The notes: generated from the sequence alone by a model not told the origin. A stretch of DNA of 46,686 nt from a virus (IMGVR_UViG_2778261229_000001:1-46686), one strand, 5' to 3'; positions 18,017-31,849 are shown, numbered from the stretch's first letter. Numbers and translations: made by a program.

Positions 18017-18702
18017 ATACCCAATATTTACAGTATGTCCGCGAGCAACTCATTGTGGCTACCGCTGATTTGAGCGGAGCAACGAAAGGACAGCTTGAAG
18101 CCTGGCTGGAGCATGCACAATTTGATACTGGTACATACAAACGAAAGAAGCCGCGCATTCTGGATGAGGTAACTGGCAGGATGATTACGCTGGATAATCC
18201 GCCGATTTCCGGTAAGCAGTTGTACGCAAAAGGTTCATCCATTGCACTGGTCAGCCAGGTTGAGTTCTCAACCTCGTCATGGCGCCGCGCGGTTCTGTCT
18301 CTCGAAGAACATCAGAAAGCGTGGTTGCTGTGGAGTTACAGCGAAAGTGTTCGCTGGGAACATCAGGTCACCATAACGCAGTGGGCATGGAGCGAGTTTA
18401 AGACTCTGTTGGGTACCAGGAAAATTGCAGGTAAAACACTGGAACGTTTGAAGAAGTTGATCTGGCTGGCGGCACAGGATGTGAAGAACGAGCTGGCAGG
18501 GCGTAAGACCTATGAATACCAGGAGCTGGCATCACTGGTGGGAGTGACATCAAAAAACTGGTCTGAGACATTTACTGAACGCTGGGTTGCAATGAAGCAC
18601 ATTTTTCTACAGCTTGATAGCCAAGCTTTATTGCTTTTAACGAAAACACGTTCAAAACAAAAGACCATATTTTCACAGCAAGATATTGCAAAACTGGATT
18701 AA
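18013..18702 (+). CDS. Late-gene antiterminator Q-like protein
   Basis: 229-aa ORF in the Q position just upstream of a terminator-rich leader and the lysis genes; not lambda-Q-like in sequence. Confidence 0.55.
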   Translation: MNTQYLQYVREQLIVATADLSGATKGQLEAWLEHAQFDTGTYKRKKPRILDEVTGRMITLDNPPISGKQLYAKGSSIALVSQVEFSTSSWRRAVLSLEEHQKAWLLWSYSESVRWEHQVTITQWAWSEFKTLLGTRKIAGKTLERLKKLIWLAAQDVKNELAGRKTYEYQELASLVGVTSKNWSETFTERWVAMKHIFLQLDSQALLLLTKTRSKQKTIFSQQDIAKLD

Positions 18703-18766
18703 AAATCATATATTTTATGTAAATCTGATATTTTGCCAATGTTGTACGCACTGGCAGTAATCCAAA

Positions 18767-18805
18767 TTCAAGCCCGAGGTTTAAAGCCTTGGGCTTTTCT
18801 GTTTC
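18767..18805 (+). terminator. Putative tR'-like terminator in the late leader
   Basis: AGCCCGAGG-tttaaag-CCTTGGGCT hairpin (one G-U pair) followed by TTTTCTGTTT. Confidence 0.5.
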
Positions 18806-18883
18806 TGAACGGTTAGTAGCCTTCCAACCTACCCCAGCCAGGGTGTCTTCAGCTGTTGAGTTGATATTGCTTAACCCTCTGTT

Positions 18884-18908
18884 GCCAGCTACATGCTGGC
18901 TTTTTTAT
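18884..18908 (+). terminator. Rho-independent terminator
   Basis: GCCAGC-tacat-GCTGGC followed by TTTTTTATT. Confidence 0.65.
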
Positions 18909-19011
18909 TCCAGGCTTGCGGGGAGCATCAACTCCGTGCTTTGTCGTTAAATTACCCCGTGAGCCTGATTTCTGACATTTAACGTCCCGGCCTTTTGTCG
19001 GCGGCGAAACA

Positions 19012-19329
19012 TTGGCTATTCATATGCACGAAAAAGAGAGCCTTGCCGGAGCGTTCTGGCTCGTTTTGCTGATCATCGCAGGTTGGGGCGGTCTGGTCCG
19101 CTACCTGATAGATGTGAAGCAGAGTAAAGCAACGTGGAGTTGGATAAATGCTCTGGCTCAAATAGTGGTATCAGGATTCACCGGTGTTATTGGTGGCCTG
19201 ATCAGCATCGAAAGTGGATTCAGTATTTACATGATTCTCGCGACAGCGGGGATTAGTGGTGCGATGGGTTCGGTTGCACTGACGTACTTCTGGGAACGAC
19301 TGACAGGGGTGAAAAATGCAAAATCTTAA
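19012..19329 (+). CDS. Putative holin
   Basis: 105-aa ORF with hydrophobic TM segments directly upstream of and overlapping the endolysin; two in-frame Met codons near the N-terminus (MAIHMHEK) suggest possible dual start. Confidence 0.6.
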   Translation: MAIHMHEKESLAGAFWLVLLIIAGWGGLVRYLIDVKQSKATWSWINALAQIVVSGFTGVIGGLISIESGFSIYMILATAGISGAMGSVALTYFWERLTGVKNAKS

Positions 19330-19792
19330 TCCTCAGCGTAAAGCCTTCCTCGATATGTTGGCGTGGTCAGAAGGAACGGATAACGGGCGACAACCGACAC
19401 GTAACCACGGTTATGATGTTATTGTTGGCGGCGAACTGTTTACTGATTACTCCGATCACCCTCGCAAACTTGTCACGCTACACCCCAAACTCAAATCAAC
19501 AGCCGCCGGACGTTATCAGCTTCTTTCACGCTGGTGGGATGCTTACCGTAAACAGCTTGGTTTGAAAGACTTCTCCCCCAAAAGCCAGGACGCAGTGGCA
19601 TTACAGCAGATTAAAGAGCGTGGTGCTTTACCGATGATTGATCGCGGTGATATCCGTCAGGCAATCGACCGTTGCAGCAATATCTGGGCTTCACTGCCGG
19701 GCGCTGGTTATGGTCAGTTCGAGCATAAGGCTGACAGCCTGATTGCAAAATTCAAAGAAGCTGGCGGAACGCTCAGAGAGAGTGAGGTATGA
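19316..19792 (+). CDS. R: Endolysin R (lambda-type lytic transglycosylase)
   Basis: 158-aa protein near-identical to lambda R as recalled. Confidence 0.93.
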   Translation: MQNLNPQRKAFLDMLAWSEGTDNGRQPTRNHGYDVIVGGELFTDYSDHPRKLVTLHPKLKSTAAGRYQLLSRWWDAYRKQLGLKDFSPKSQDAVALQQIKERGALPMIDRGDIRQAIDRCSNIWASLPGAGYGQFEHKADSLIAKFKEAGGTLRESEV

Positions 19793-20250
19793 GCAGAATA
19801 ACCGCGATTATCTCCGCTCTGGTTATCTGCGTCATCGTCTGCCTTTCATGGGCGGTTAATCATTACCGCGATAACGCGATTACCTACAAAGCCCAGCGCG
19901 ACAAAAATGCCAGAGAACTGACGCTGGCGAACGCGGCAATTACTGACATACAGATGCGTCAGCGTGATGTTGCTGCGCTCGATGCAAAATACACGAAGGA
20001 GTTAGCTGATGCGAAAGCTGAAAATGATGCTCTGCGTGATGATGTTGCCGCTGGTCGTCGTCGGTTGCACATCAAAGCAGTCTGTCAGTCAGTGCGTGAA
20101 GCCACCACCGCCTCCGGCGTGGATAATGCAGCCTCCCCCCGACTGGCAGACACCGCTGAACGGGATTATTTCACCCTCAGAGAGAGGCTGATCACTATGC
20201 AAAAACAACTGGAAGGAACCCAGAAGTATATTAATGAGCAGTGCAGATAG
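19789..20250 (+). CDS. Rz: Spanin inner-membrane subunit Rz
   Basis: 153-aa protein near-identical to lambda Rz. Confidence 0.92.
   Translation: MSRITAIISALVICVIVCLSWAVNHYRDNAITYKAQRDKNARELTLANAAITDIQMRQRDVAALDAKYTKELADAKAENDALRDDVAAGRRRLHIKAVCQSVREATTASGVDNAASPRLADTAERDYFTLRERLITMQKQLEGTQKYINEQCR
20009..20191 (+). CDS. Rz1: Spanin outer-membrane lipoprotein Rz1 (embedded in Rz, +1 frame)
   Basis: 60-aa ORF with lipobox (VVVGC) and proline-rich region, matching lambda Rz1. Confidence 0.88.
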   Translation: MRKLKMMLCVMMLPLVVVGCTSKQSVSQCVKPPPPPAWIMQPPPDWQTPLNGIISPSERG

Positions 20251-20281
20251 AGCTGCCCATATCGATGGGCAACTCATGCAA

Positions 20282-20575
20282 TTATTGTGAGCAATACACA
20301 CGCGCTTCCAGCGGAGTATAAATGCCTAAAGTAATAAAACCGAGCAATCCATTTACGAATGTTTGCTGGGTTTCTGTTTTAACAACATTTTCTGCACCAC
20401 CACAAATTTTTGCTGCATCGACAGTTTTCTTCTGCCCAATTCCCGAAACGAAGAAATGATGGGTGATGGTTTCCTTTGGTGTTACTGCTGTAGGTTTGTT
20501 TCCAACAGTAAACGTCTGTTGAGCACATCCTGTAATAAGCATTGCCAGAGCGGCAGAAAACAACATTTTTTTCAT
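20282..20575 (-). CDS. bor: Bor lipoprotein (serum-resistance)
   Basis: 97-aa from ATG 20575 (MKKMLFSAALAMLITGCAQQTF...) closely matching lambda Bor. Confidence 0.9.
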   Translation of the reverse strand: MKKMLFSAALAMLITGCAQQTFTVGNKPTAVTPKETITHHFFVSGIGQKKTVDAAKICGGAENVVKTETQQTFVNGLLGFITLGIYTPLEARVYCSQ

Positions 20576-21055
20576 CTTATTATCCTGCATTGTTAAAAAC
20601 GGCAGAATCCTATGTGACAACAATTAAACGATAGTTAAATGGATTGATGAAAATTAAAACTACACAGGTGGGCTCAGACTATTGGAGGAAGTTGGGGACA
20701 CTCAGAATCCTGTGGAATGAAATAAACCGGTCTATCCGTCCATTACCCTTTTAGCTGCGCTGTATCGTCGCCGTATTCCCGCATTAACCATGACCGTAGC
20801 CCGACGGGGAATTCCTTCTGCGTGAGTGTGCGGGAATAATTAAAAACGATGCACACCGGGTTTTTACCGCGTTAATGATTCGCGGGTTTATCCCGGTGCG
20901 ATGGTGGAAGAAACAGGAAGCTGTATTACAGAAAGTGCTACTACTGTATCCCGATGCGATGTATGTAATGTGAGTCAGATAATGGCACAGGATGTGGTGA
21001 TGTGGCAGTCTGGAACACAGGATATATTGTCAGAATAAGACCCGTAGGAATAAAA

Positions 21056-21382
21056 ATGAAAAGACGCCTTTTACTACTTTTTCTGTTATCTGTCCTGGCA
21101 GTGGGATGCTCGCAGCAAAAAGCTGATGAGCCCCGGCAATTAGTAACGGTGTATCCACGATATCCGGAATATGCTGCAGCAAATTATATCAAGGGGCTGG
21201 TTGAGGTTAAGTTCGATATTGGTGCTGATGGGACTGTGACACGGATCGTTTTTCTCCGCTCAGAGCCTCATAATTTGTTTCGTGATGAAGTGGTGAAGGC
21301 CATGGCGAAATGGCGATTTGAAAAGAATCGCCCCTGTCAGGGAGTGAAGAGACAATTTATCTTTACGCCGTCACGTCCTTGA
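21056..21382 (+). CDS. Lipoprotein with TonB-C-terminal-like domain
   Basis: 108-aa from MKRRLLLL; lipobox (LAVGCS); YPxxAxxxxIxGxVxVxF pattern resembling a TonB C-terminal domain. Confidence 0.5.
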   Translation: MKRRLLLLFLLSVLAVGCSQQKADEPRQLVTVYPRYPEYAAANYIKGLVEVKFDIGADGTVTRIVFLRSEPHNLFRDEVVKAMAKWRFEKNRPCQGVKRQFIFTPSRP

Positions 21383-21745
21383 TGCTTCCAGGTAGAGAGG
21401 GGCTGGAAGCAGGAGAAAAATGAAAGAGCCAGCGGTTATATTTTTGTCATGGCTGACGAGGAATGATGGAAGAAGGCGTTGTATGCCACACAACGCCTCA
21501 CTGTTCATTTCTTCTTTTTCTCTGGTGGAACCCGATGAATAAGAGTTGTACTGGTTTCCGATGAGATGGCGATATACTCGGGCAAAGTATGCTGGCAGTT
21601 TTCCAACTGGTCAAAAATACCTGCTCTCGTCTGTTGCAATGCCTGCAGCATGCGGCGGCAATGCGCCTTGCTTTTACTAACCATCTTTCCTTCCTCTATC
21701 AGTCGCTGCGTGAACTCATCATGGAATACCAGGTAAATGCGGATG

Positions 21746-21997
21746 TTATCGGTTTTGGCTACGCAGCATAGTACAAAACGGACAGGTGCATCCCGGGACG
21801 GGGGAGGCGTCACATGTCCCTGTGATGGTTGTTCCGGGTAATGTACTGTGTGGGGCATAAAAATGTCCGATAATTTTACTTTCTACCGCAGTTAGTTGAT
21901 TCGTTGGTCCTGGTAGCACATTGGGCGAGGATTTAAATGCCAGGCAACTGAAGGATGATGTCGCAAGGGAGATAGCGAGAATATTTCTGATTTTCAT
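21746..21997 (-). CDS. Hypothetical small secreted Cys-rich protein
   Basis: 83-aa from MKIRNILAISLATSSFSCLA (signal-peptide-like); weak support. Confidence 0.25.
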   Translation of the reverse strand: MKIRNILAISLATSSFSCLAFKSSPNVLPGPTNQLTAVESKIIGHFYAPHSTLPGTTITGTCDASPVPGCTCPFCTMLRSQNR

Positions 21998-22145
21998 TTG
22001 ATGATGCCTCTGTGTGAAATGACGGTAAACGACGCACTTGTGCCGGCACATAATAGCAAGCACCATAATAGATCAGATTCGATTCTTGCTGTAAGTGATA
22101 ATTATTCTCGTTTTCGGGTCCTTTCCGTCGATCCAACAGGTTACG

Positions 22146-22157
22146 GGGCGGCGACCT
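22146..22157 (+). other. cos site: cohesive-end sequence GGGCGGCGACCT (cosN)
   Basis: Junction ..CAGGTTACG|GGGCGGCGACCTCGCGGGTTTTCGCTATTTATGAAAATTTTCCGG matches the lambda cos junction as recalled. Confidence 0.88.
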
Positions 22158-22332
22158 CGCGGGTTTTCGCTATTTATGAAAATTTTCCGGGGAAAATCAT
22201 GTCGGTACTTCTCGAACATAACTATTTGTTTTTTCTAATATCGAATCCGTAAAGGTCCGACATGAAAACGCCTAAAAAAGTCATTTTCGGGCACTTTCAT
22301 GTCGGACCCTGTATTTATTGTGAGACTGTTTC

Positions 22333-22852
22333 ATGAAGGTTAATAAAAAGAAACTTGCCGAAATTTTCAACGTGGATCCGCGAACGATTGAACGCTGGCA
22401 GTCTCAGGGACTCCCTTGCGTCTCCGGAGGTGGTAAGGGCGTTGAATCTGTATTTGATACCGCCATGGCAATTCAGTGGTATGCGCAGAGGGAAGCTGAT
22501 ATCGAAAATGAAAAACTCCGTAAAGAGGTTGAGGATTACAGGGCTGCCAGCGAGGCAGATCTCCAGCCTGGGACTATTGAGTACGAACGCCATCGACTTA
22601 CGCGTGCGCAGGCTGACGCCCAGGAGCTGAAGAATGCCAGAGACTCCGCAGAAGTGGTGGAAACCGCATTCTGTACTTTCGTGCTGTCACGGATCGCAGG
22701 TGAAATTGCCAGTATTCTTGACGGGATCCCTCTCTCGGTACAGCGGCGTTTTCCGGAACTGGAAAACCGACATGTTGATTTCCTGAAACGGGATATCATC
22801 AAAGCCATGAACAAAGCAGCCGCGCTGGATGAACTGATACCGGGGTTGCTGA

Positions 22853-22878
<26 letters not shown>
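22333..22878 (+). CDS. nu1: Terminase small subunit Nu1
   Basis: 181-aa, lambda Nu1-like. Confidence 0.93.
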
Positions 22879-26559
<3,681 letters not shown>

Positions 26560-26579
<20 letters not shown>

Positions 26580-27879
26580 TCTCCCGCATATTGCCAGTAT
26601 GGCCTTTAATGAGCCGCTGATGCTTGAACCCGCCTATGCGCGGGTTTTCTTTTGTGCGCTTGCAGGCCAGCTTGGGATCAGCCGCCTGACGGATGCGGTA
26701 TCCGGCGACAGCCTGACTGCCGGAGAGGCACCCGCGGCGCTGGCGTTATCCGTTGATGATGACGGACCACGACAGGCCCGCAGTTATCAGGTCATGAACG
26801 GCATCGCCGTGCTGCCGGTGTCCGGCACGCTGGTCAGTCGGACGCGAGCGCTGCAGCCGTATTCGGGGATGACCGGTTACAACGGCATTATCGCCCGTCT
26901 GCAACAGGCTGCCAGCGACCCGATGGTGGACGGCATTCTGCTCGATATGGATACGCCAGGCGGGATGGTGGCAGGGGCATTTGACTGCGCTGACATCATC
27001 GCCCGTGTGCGTGACATAAAGCCGGTATGGGCGCTGGCCAACGACATGAACTGCAGTGCAGGTCAGTTGCTTGCCAGCGCCGCCTCCCGACGTCTGGTCA
27101 CGCAGACCGCCCGGACAGGCTCCATCGGCGTCATGATGGCTCACAGTAATTACGGTGCTGCGCTGGAGAAACAGGGCGTGGAAATCACGCTGATTTACAG
27201 CGGCAGCCATAAGGTGGATGGCAACCCCTACAGCCATCTACCGGATGATGTCCGGGAAACACTGCAGTCCCGGATGGATGCAACCCGCCGGATGTTTGCA
27301 CAGAAGGTGTCGGCATATACCGGCCTGTCCGTGCAGGCTGTGCTGGATACCGAGGCTGCAGTGTACAGCGGTCAGGAGGCCATTGATGCCGGACTGGCTG
27401 ATGAACTTGTTAACAGTACCGATGCGATCACCGTCATGCGTGATGCACTGGATGCACGTAAATCCCGTCTCTCAGGAGGGCGAATGACCAAAGAGACTCA
27501 ATCAACAACTGTTTCAGCCACTGCTTCGCAGGCTGACGTTACTGGCGTAGTGCAAGCGACGGATGGCGAGAACGCCAGCGCTGCGCAGCCGGACGTGAAC
27601 GCGCAGATCACCGCAGCGGTTGCGGCAGAAAACAGTCGCATTATGGGGATCCTCAACTGTGAGGAGGCTCACGGACGCGAAGAACAGGCACGCGTGCTAG
27701 CCGAAACCCCCGGTATGACCGTGGAAACGGCCCGCCGCATTCTGGCAGCTGCACCACAGAGTGCACAGGCGCGCAGTGACACTGCGCTGGATCGTCTGAT
27801 GCAGGGGGCACCGGCACCGCTGGCTGCAGGTAACCCGGCATCTGATGCCGTTAACGATTTGCTGAACACACCAGTGTAA
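26560..27879 (+). CDS. C: Head protease / minor capsid protein C (GTG start)
   Basis: 439 aa from GTG 26560 (MTAELRNLPHIASMAFNEPL...) with RBS GGAGGAG; overlaps B end as in lambda. Confidence 0.88.
27274..27879 (+). CDS. nu3: Scaffolding protein Nu3 (in-frame nested within the 3' part of C)
   Basis: In-frame ATG at 27274 at the lambda-equivalent coordinate; by collinearity only. Confidence 0.5.
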   Translation: MDATRRMFAQKVSAYTGLSVQAVLDTEAAVYSGQEAIDAGLADELVNSTDAITVMRDALDARKSRLSGGRMTKETQSTTVSATASQADVTGVVQATDGENASAAQPDVNAQITAAVAAENSRIMGILNCEEAHGREEQARVLAETPGMTVETARRILAAAPQSAQARSDTALDRLMQGAPAPLAAGNPASDAVNDLLNTPV

Positions 27880-27888
27880 GGGATGTTT

Positions 27889-28221
27889 ATGACGAGCAAA
27901 GAAACCTTTACCCATTACCAGCCGCTGGGCAACAGTGACCCGGCACATACGGCAACCGCGCCCGGCGGATTGAGTGCGAAAGCGCCTGCAATGACCCCGC
28001 TGATGCTGGATACCTCCACCCGTAAGCTGGTTGCGTGGGATGGCACCACCGACGGTGCTGCCGTTGGCATTCTGGCGGTTGATGCTGACCAGACCAGCAC
28101 CACGCTGACGTTCTACAAGTCCGGCACGTTCCGTTATGAGGATGTGCTCTGGCCGGAGGCTGCCAGCGACGAGACGAAAAAACGGACCGCGTTTGCCGGA
28201 ACGGCAATCAGCATCGTTTAA
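27889..28221 (+). CDS. D: Head decoration protein D
   Basis: [12 protein letters not shown]... matches lambda gpD. Confidence 0.93.
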   Translation: MTSKETFTHYQPLGNSDPAHTATAPGGLSAKAPAMTPLMLDTSTRKLVAWDGTTDGAAVGILAVDADQTSTTLTFYKSGTFRYEDVLWPEAASDETKKRTAFAGTAISIV

Positions 28222-28276
28222 CTTTACCCTTCATCACTAAAGGCCGCCTGTGCGGCTTTTTTTACGGGATTTTTTT

Positions 28277-29302
28277 ATGTCGATGTACACAACCGCCCAG
28301 CTGCTGGCGGCAAATGAGCAGAAATTTAAGTTTGATCCGCTGTTTCTGCGTCTCTTTTTCCGTGAGAGCTATCCCTTCACTACGGAGAAAGTCTATCTCT
28401 CACAAATTCCGGGACTGGTAAACATGGCGCTGTACGTTTCGCCGATTGTTTCCGGTGAGGTTATCCGTTCCCGTGGCGGCTCCACCTCTGAATTTACGCC
28501 GGGATATGTCAAACCCAAGCATGAAGTGAATCCGCAGATGACCCTGCGTCGCCTGCCGGATGAAGATCCGCAGAATCTGGCGGACCCGGCTTACCGCCGC
28601 CGTCGCATCATCCTGCAGAACATGCGTGACGAAGAGCTGGCCATTGCTCAGGTCGAAGAGATGCAGGCAGTTTCTGCCGTGCTCAAGGGCAAATACACCA
28701 TGACCGGTGAAGCCTTCGATCCGGTTGAGGTGGATATGGGCCGCAGTGCGGCGAACAACATCACGCAGTCCGGCGGCACGGAGTGGAGCAAGCGTGACAA
28801 GTCCACGTATGACCCGACCGACGATATCGAAGCCTACGCGCTGAACGCCAGCGGCGTGGTGAATATCATCGTGTTTGATCCGAAAGGCTGGGCGCTGTTC
28901 CGTTCCTTCAAAGCCGTCAAGGAGAAGCTGGATACCCGTCGCGGCTCTCATTCCGAGCTGGAGACAGCGGTGAAAGACCTGGGTAAAGCGGTGTCCTATA
29001 AGGGGATGTATGGCGATGTGGCCATCGTCGTGTATTCCGGACAGTACGTGGAAAACGGCGTCAAAAAGAACTTCCTGCCGGACAACACGATGGTACTGGG
29101 GAACACTCAGGCACGCGGTCTGCGCACCTATGGCTGCATTCAGGATGCGGACGCACAGCGCGAAGGCATTAACGCCTCTGCCCGTTACCCGAAAAACTGG
29201 GTGACCACCGGCGATCCGGCGCGTGAGTTCACCATGATTCAGTCAGCACCGCTGATGCTGCTGGCTGACCCTGATGAGTTCGTGTCCGTACAACTGGCGT
29301 AA
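28277..29302 (+). CDS. E: Major capsid protein E
   Basis: MSMYTTAQLLAANEQKFKF... matches lambda gpE. Confidence 0.95.
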   Translation: MSMYTTAQLLAANEQKFKFDPLFLRLFFRESYPFTTEKVYLSQIPGLVNMALYVSPIVSGEVIRSRGGSTSEFTPGYVKPKHEVNPQMTLRRLPDEDPQNLADPAYRRRRIILQNMRDEELAIAQVEEMQAVSAVLKGKYTMTGEAFDPVEVDMGRSAANNITQSGGTEWSKRDKSTYDPTDDIEAYALNASGVVNIIVFDPKGWALFRSFKAVKEKLDTRRGSHSELETAVKDLGKAVSYKGMYGDVAIVVYSGQYVENGVKKNFLPDNTMVLGNTQARGLRTYGCIQDADAQREGINASARYPKNWVTTGDPAREFTMIQSAPLMLLADPDEFVSVQLA

Positions 29303-29343
29303 TCGTGGCCCTTCGGGGCCATTTTCTCTCTGTGGAGGAGTCC

Positions 29344-29739
29344 ATGACGAAAGATGAACTGATTGTCCGTCTCCGGTCGCTGGGTGAGCAACTGAACCGT
29401 GATGTCAGCCTGACGGGGACGAAAGAAGAACTGGCGCTCCGTGTGGCAGAGCTGGAAGAGGAGCTTGATGACACGGATGACGCTGCCGGTCAGGATACCC
29501 CTCTCAGACCGGAAAATGCGCTGACCGGACATGAAAATGAGGTGGTATCAGCACAGACGGATACCGTGACTGATACGGCTGCTCTGGTCACGGTTGTGGC
29601 ACTGGTGACGCTGCATACCGATGCACTTCACGCCACGCGGGATGAACCTGTGGCATTTGTGCTGTCGGGAACGGCGTTTCGTGTCTCTGCCGGTGTGGCA
29701 GCCGAAATGACAGAACGTGGCCTGGCCAGAATGCAATAA
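29344..29739 (+). CDS. FI: DNA packaging protein FI
   Basis: MTKDELIVRLRSLGEQLNRD... lambda FI-like. Confidence 0.88.
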   Translation: MTKDELIVRLRSLGEQLNRDVSLTGTKEELALRVAELEEELDDTDDAAGQDTPLRPENALTGHENEVVSAQTDTVTDTAALVTVVALVTLHTDALHATRDEPVAFVLSGTAFRVSAGVAAEMTERGLARMQ

Positions 29740-29750
29740 CGGGAGGCGCT

Positions 29751-30104
29751 GTGGCTGATTTCGATAACCTGTTCGATGCTGCCATTGCCCGCGCCGATGA
29801 AACGATACGCGGGTACATGGGAACGTCAGCCACCATGACATCCGGTGAGCAGTCCGGCGCAGTAATACGTGGTGTTTTTGATGACCCTGAAAATATCAGC
29901 TATGCCGGACAGGGCGTACGCGTTGAAGGCTCCAGCCCGTCCCTGTTTGTCCGGACTGATGATGTGCGGCAGCTGCGGCGCGGCGACACGCTGACCATCG
30001 GTGAGGAAAACTTCTGGATAGACCGGATTTCGCCGGATGATGGCGGAAGCTGTCATCTCTGGCTTGGGCGGGGCGTACCGCCTGCCGTTAACCGTCGCCG
30101 CTGA
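29751..30104 (+). CDS. FII: Head-tail connector FII
   Basis: 117-aa, lambda FII-like. Confidence 0.9.
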   Translation: MADFDNLFDAAIARADETIRGYMGTSATMTSGEQSGAVIRGVFDDPENISYAGQGVRVEGSSPSLFVRTDDVRQLRRGDTLTIGEENFWIDRISPDDGGSCHLWLGRGVPPAVNRRR

Positions 30105-30115
30105 AAGGGGGATGT

Positions 30116-30694
30116 ATGGCCATAAAAGGTCTTGAGCAGGCCGTTGAAAACCTCAGCCGTATCAGCAGAACGGCGGTGCCCGGTGCCGCCGCAATGGCCA
30201 TTAACCGCGTTGCTTCATCCGCGATATCGCAGTCGGCGTCACAGGTTGCCCGTGAGACAAAGGTACGCCGGAAACTGGTAAAGGAAAGGGCCAGGCTGAA
30301 AAGGGCCACGGTCAAAAATCCGCAGGCCAGAATCAAGGTTAACCGGGGGGATTTGCCCGTAATAAAGCTGGGTAACGCGCGGATTGTCCTGTCCCGACGC
30401 AGGCGTCGTAAAAAGGGGCAGCGTTCAGCCCTGAAAGGTGGCGGCAGCGTGCTTGTGGTGGGAAACCGTCGTATTCCCTGCGCGTTTATTCAGCAACTGA
30501 AAAATGGCCGCTGGCATGTCATGCAGCGTGTGGCCGGGAAAAACCGTTACCCCATTGATGTGGTGAAAATCCCGATGGCGGTGCCGCTGACCACGGCGTT
30601 TAAACAGAATATTGAGAGGATACGGCGTGAGCGTCTTCCGAAAGAGCTGGGCTATGCGCTGCATCATCAACTGAGGATGGTAATAAAACGATGA
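30116..30694 (+). CDS. Z: Tail completion protein Z
   Basis: 192-aa, lambda gpZ-like. Confidence 0.9.
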   Translation: MAIKGLEQAVENLSRISRTAVPGAAAMAINRVASSAISQSASQVARETKVRRKLVKERARLKRATVKNPQARIKVNRGDLPVIKLGNARIVLSRRRRRKKGQRSALKGGGSVLVVGNRRIPCAFIQQLKNGRWHVMQRVAGKNRYPIDVVKIPMAVPLTTAFKQNIERIRRERLPKELGYALHHQLRMVIKR

Positions 30695-31086
30695 AACATA
30701 CTGAACTCCGTGCAGCCGTACTGGATGCACTGGAGAAGCATGACACCGGGGCGACGTTTTTTGATGGTCGCCCCGCTGTTTTTGATGAGGAAGATTTTCC
30801 GGCAGTTGCCGTTTATCTCACCGGCGCTGAATACACGGGCGAAGAGCTGGACAGCGATACCTGGCAGGCGGAGCTGCATATCGAAGTTTTCCTGCCTGCT
30901 CAGGTGCCGGATTCAGAGCTGGATTCGTGGATGGAGTCCCGGATTTATCCGGTGATGAGCGATATCCCGGCACTGTCAGATTTGATCACCAGTATGGTGG
31001 CCAGTGGCTATGACTACCGGCGCGACGATGATGCGGGCCTGTGGAGTTCTGCCGATCTGACTTATGTCATTACCTATGAAATGTGA
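30691..31086 (+). CDS. U: Tail terminator protein U
   Basis: 131-aa, lambda gpU-like. Confidence 0.9.
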   Translation: MKHTELRAAVLDALEKHDTGATFFDGRPAVFDEEDFPAVAVYLTGAEYTGEELDSDTWQAELHIEVFLPAQVPDSELDSWMESRIYPVMSDIPALSDLITSMVASGYDYRRDDDAGLWSSADLTYVITYEM

Positions 31087-31093
31087 GGACGAT

Positions 31094-31834
31094 ATGCCTG
31101 TACCAAATCCAGCAATACCGGTGAAAGGTGCCGGAACCACCCTGTGGGTTTATAACGGGAGCGGCGACCCTTATGCGAACCCGCTTTCAGACGTTGACTG
31201 GTCGCGTCTGGCAAAAGTTAAAGACCTGACGCCCGGCGAACTGACCGCTGAGTCCTATGACGACAGTTATCTCGATGATGAAGATGCGGACTGGACCGCG
31301 ACCGGGCAGGGGCAGAAATCCGCCGGAGATACCAGCTTCACGCTGGCGTGGATGCCCGGAGAGCAGGGGCAGCAGGCGCTGCTGGCGTGGTTTAATGAAG
31401 GTGATACCCGTGCCTATAAAATCCGCTTCCCGAACGGCACGGTCGATGTGTTCCGTGGCTGGGTCAGCAGTATCGGTAAGGCGGTGACGGCGAAGGAAGT
31501 GATCACCCGTACGGTGAAGGTCACCAATGTGGGCCGTCCGTCAATGGCAGAAGATCGCAGTACGGTGACGGCGGCAACCGGTATGACCGTGACGCCTGCC
31601 AGCTCCTCGGTGGTGAAAGGGCAGGGCACCACGCTGACCGTGGCATTCCAGCCGGAGGGCGCAACTGACAAGAGTTTCCGTGCGGTGTCAGCGGATAAAA
31701 CAAAAGCCACAGTGTCGGTCAGTGGTATGACCATCACCGTGAAAGGCGTTGCTGCAGGTAAGGTCAACATTCCGGTTGTATCCGGTAATGGTGAACTTGC
31801 TGCGGTTGCAGAAATCACTGTCACCGACAGTTAA
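31094..31834 (+). CDS. V: Major tail tube protein V (with C-terminal Ig-like domain)
   Basis: [20 protein letters not shown]... lambda gpV-like. Confidence 0.93.
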   Translation: MPVPNPAIPVKGAGTTLWVYNGSGDPYANPLSDVDWSRLAKVKDLTPGELTAESYDDSYLDDEDADWTATGQGQKSAGDTSFTLAWMPGEQGQQALLAWFNEGDTRAYKIRFPNGTVDVFRGWVSSIGKAVTAKEVITRTVKVTNVGRPSMAEDRSTVTAATGMTVTPASSSVVKGQGTTLTVAFQPEGATDKSFRAVSADKTKATVSVSGMTITVKGVAAGKVNIPVVSGNGELAAVAEITVTDS

Positions 31835-31849
31835 TCCGGAGAGTCAGCG

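Noticed and set aside
21505-21858. 117-aa minus-strand ORF near cos
   Set aside because: Overlaps the candidate secreted-protein ORF, no recognisable motifs or clear RBS; coding status undeterminable from sequence alone
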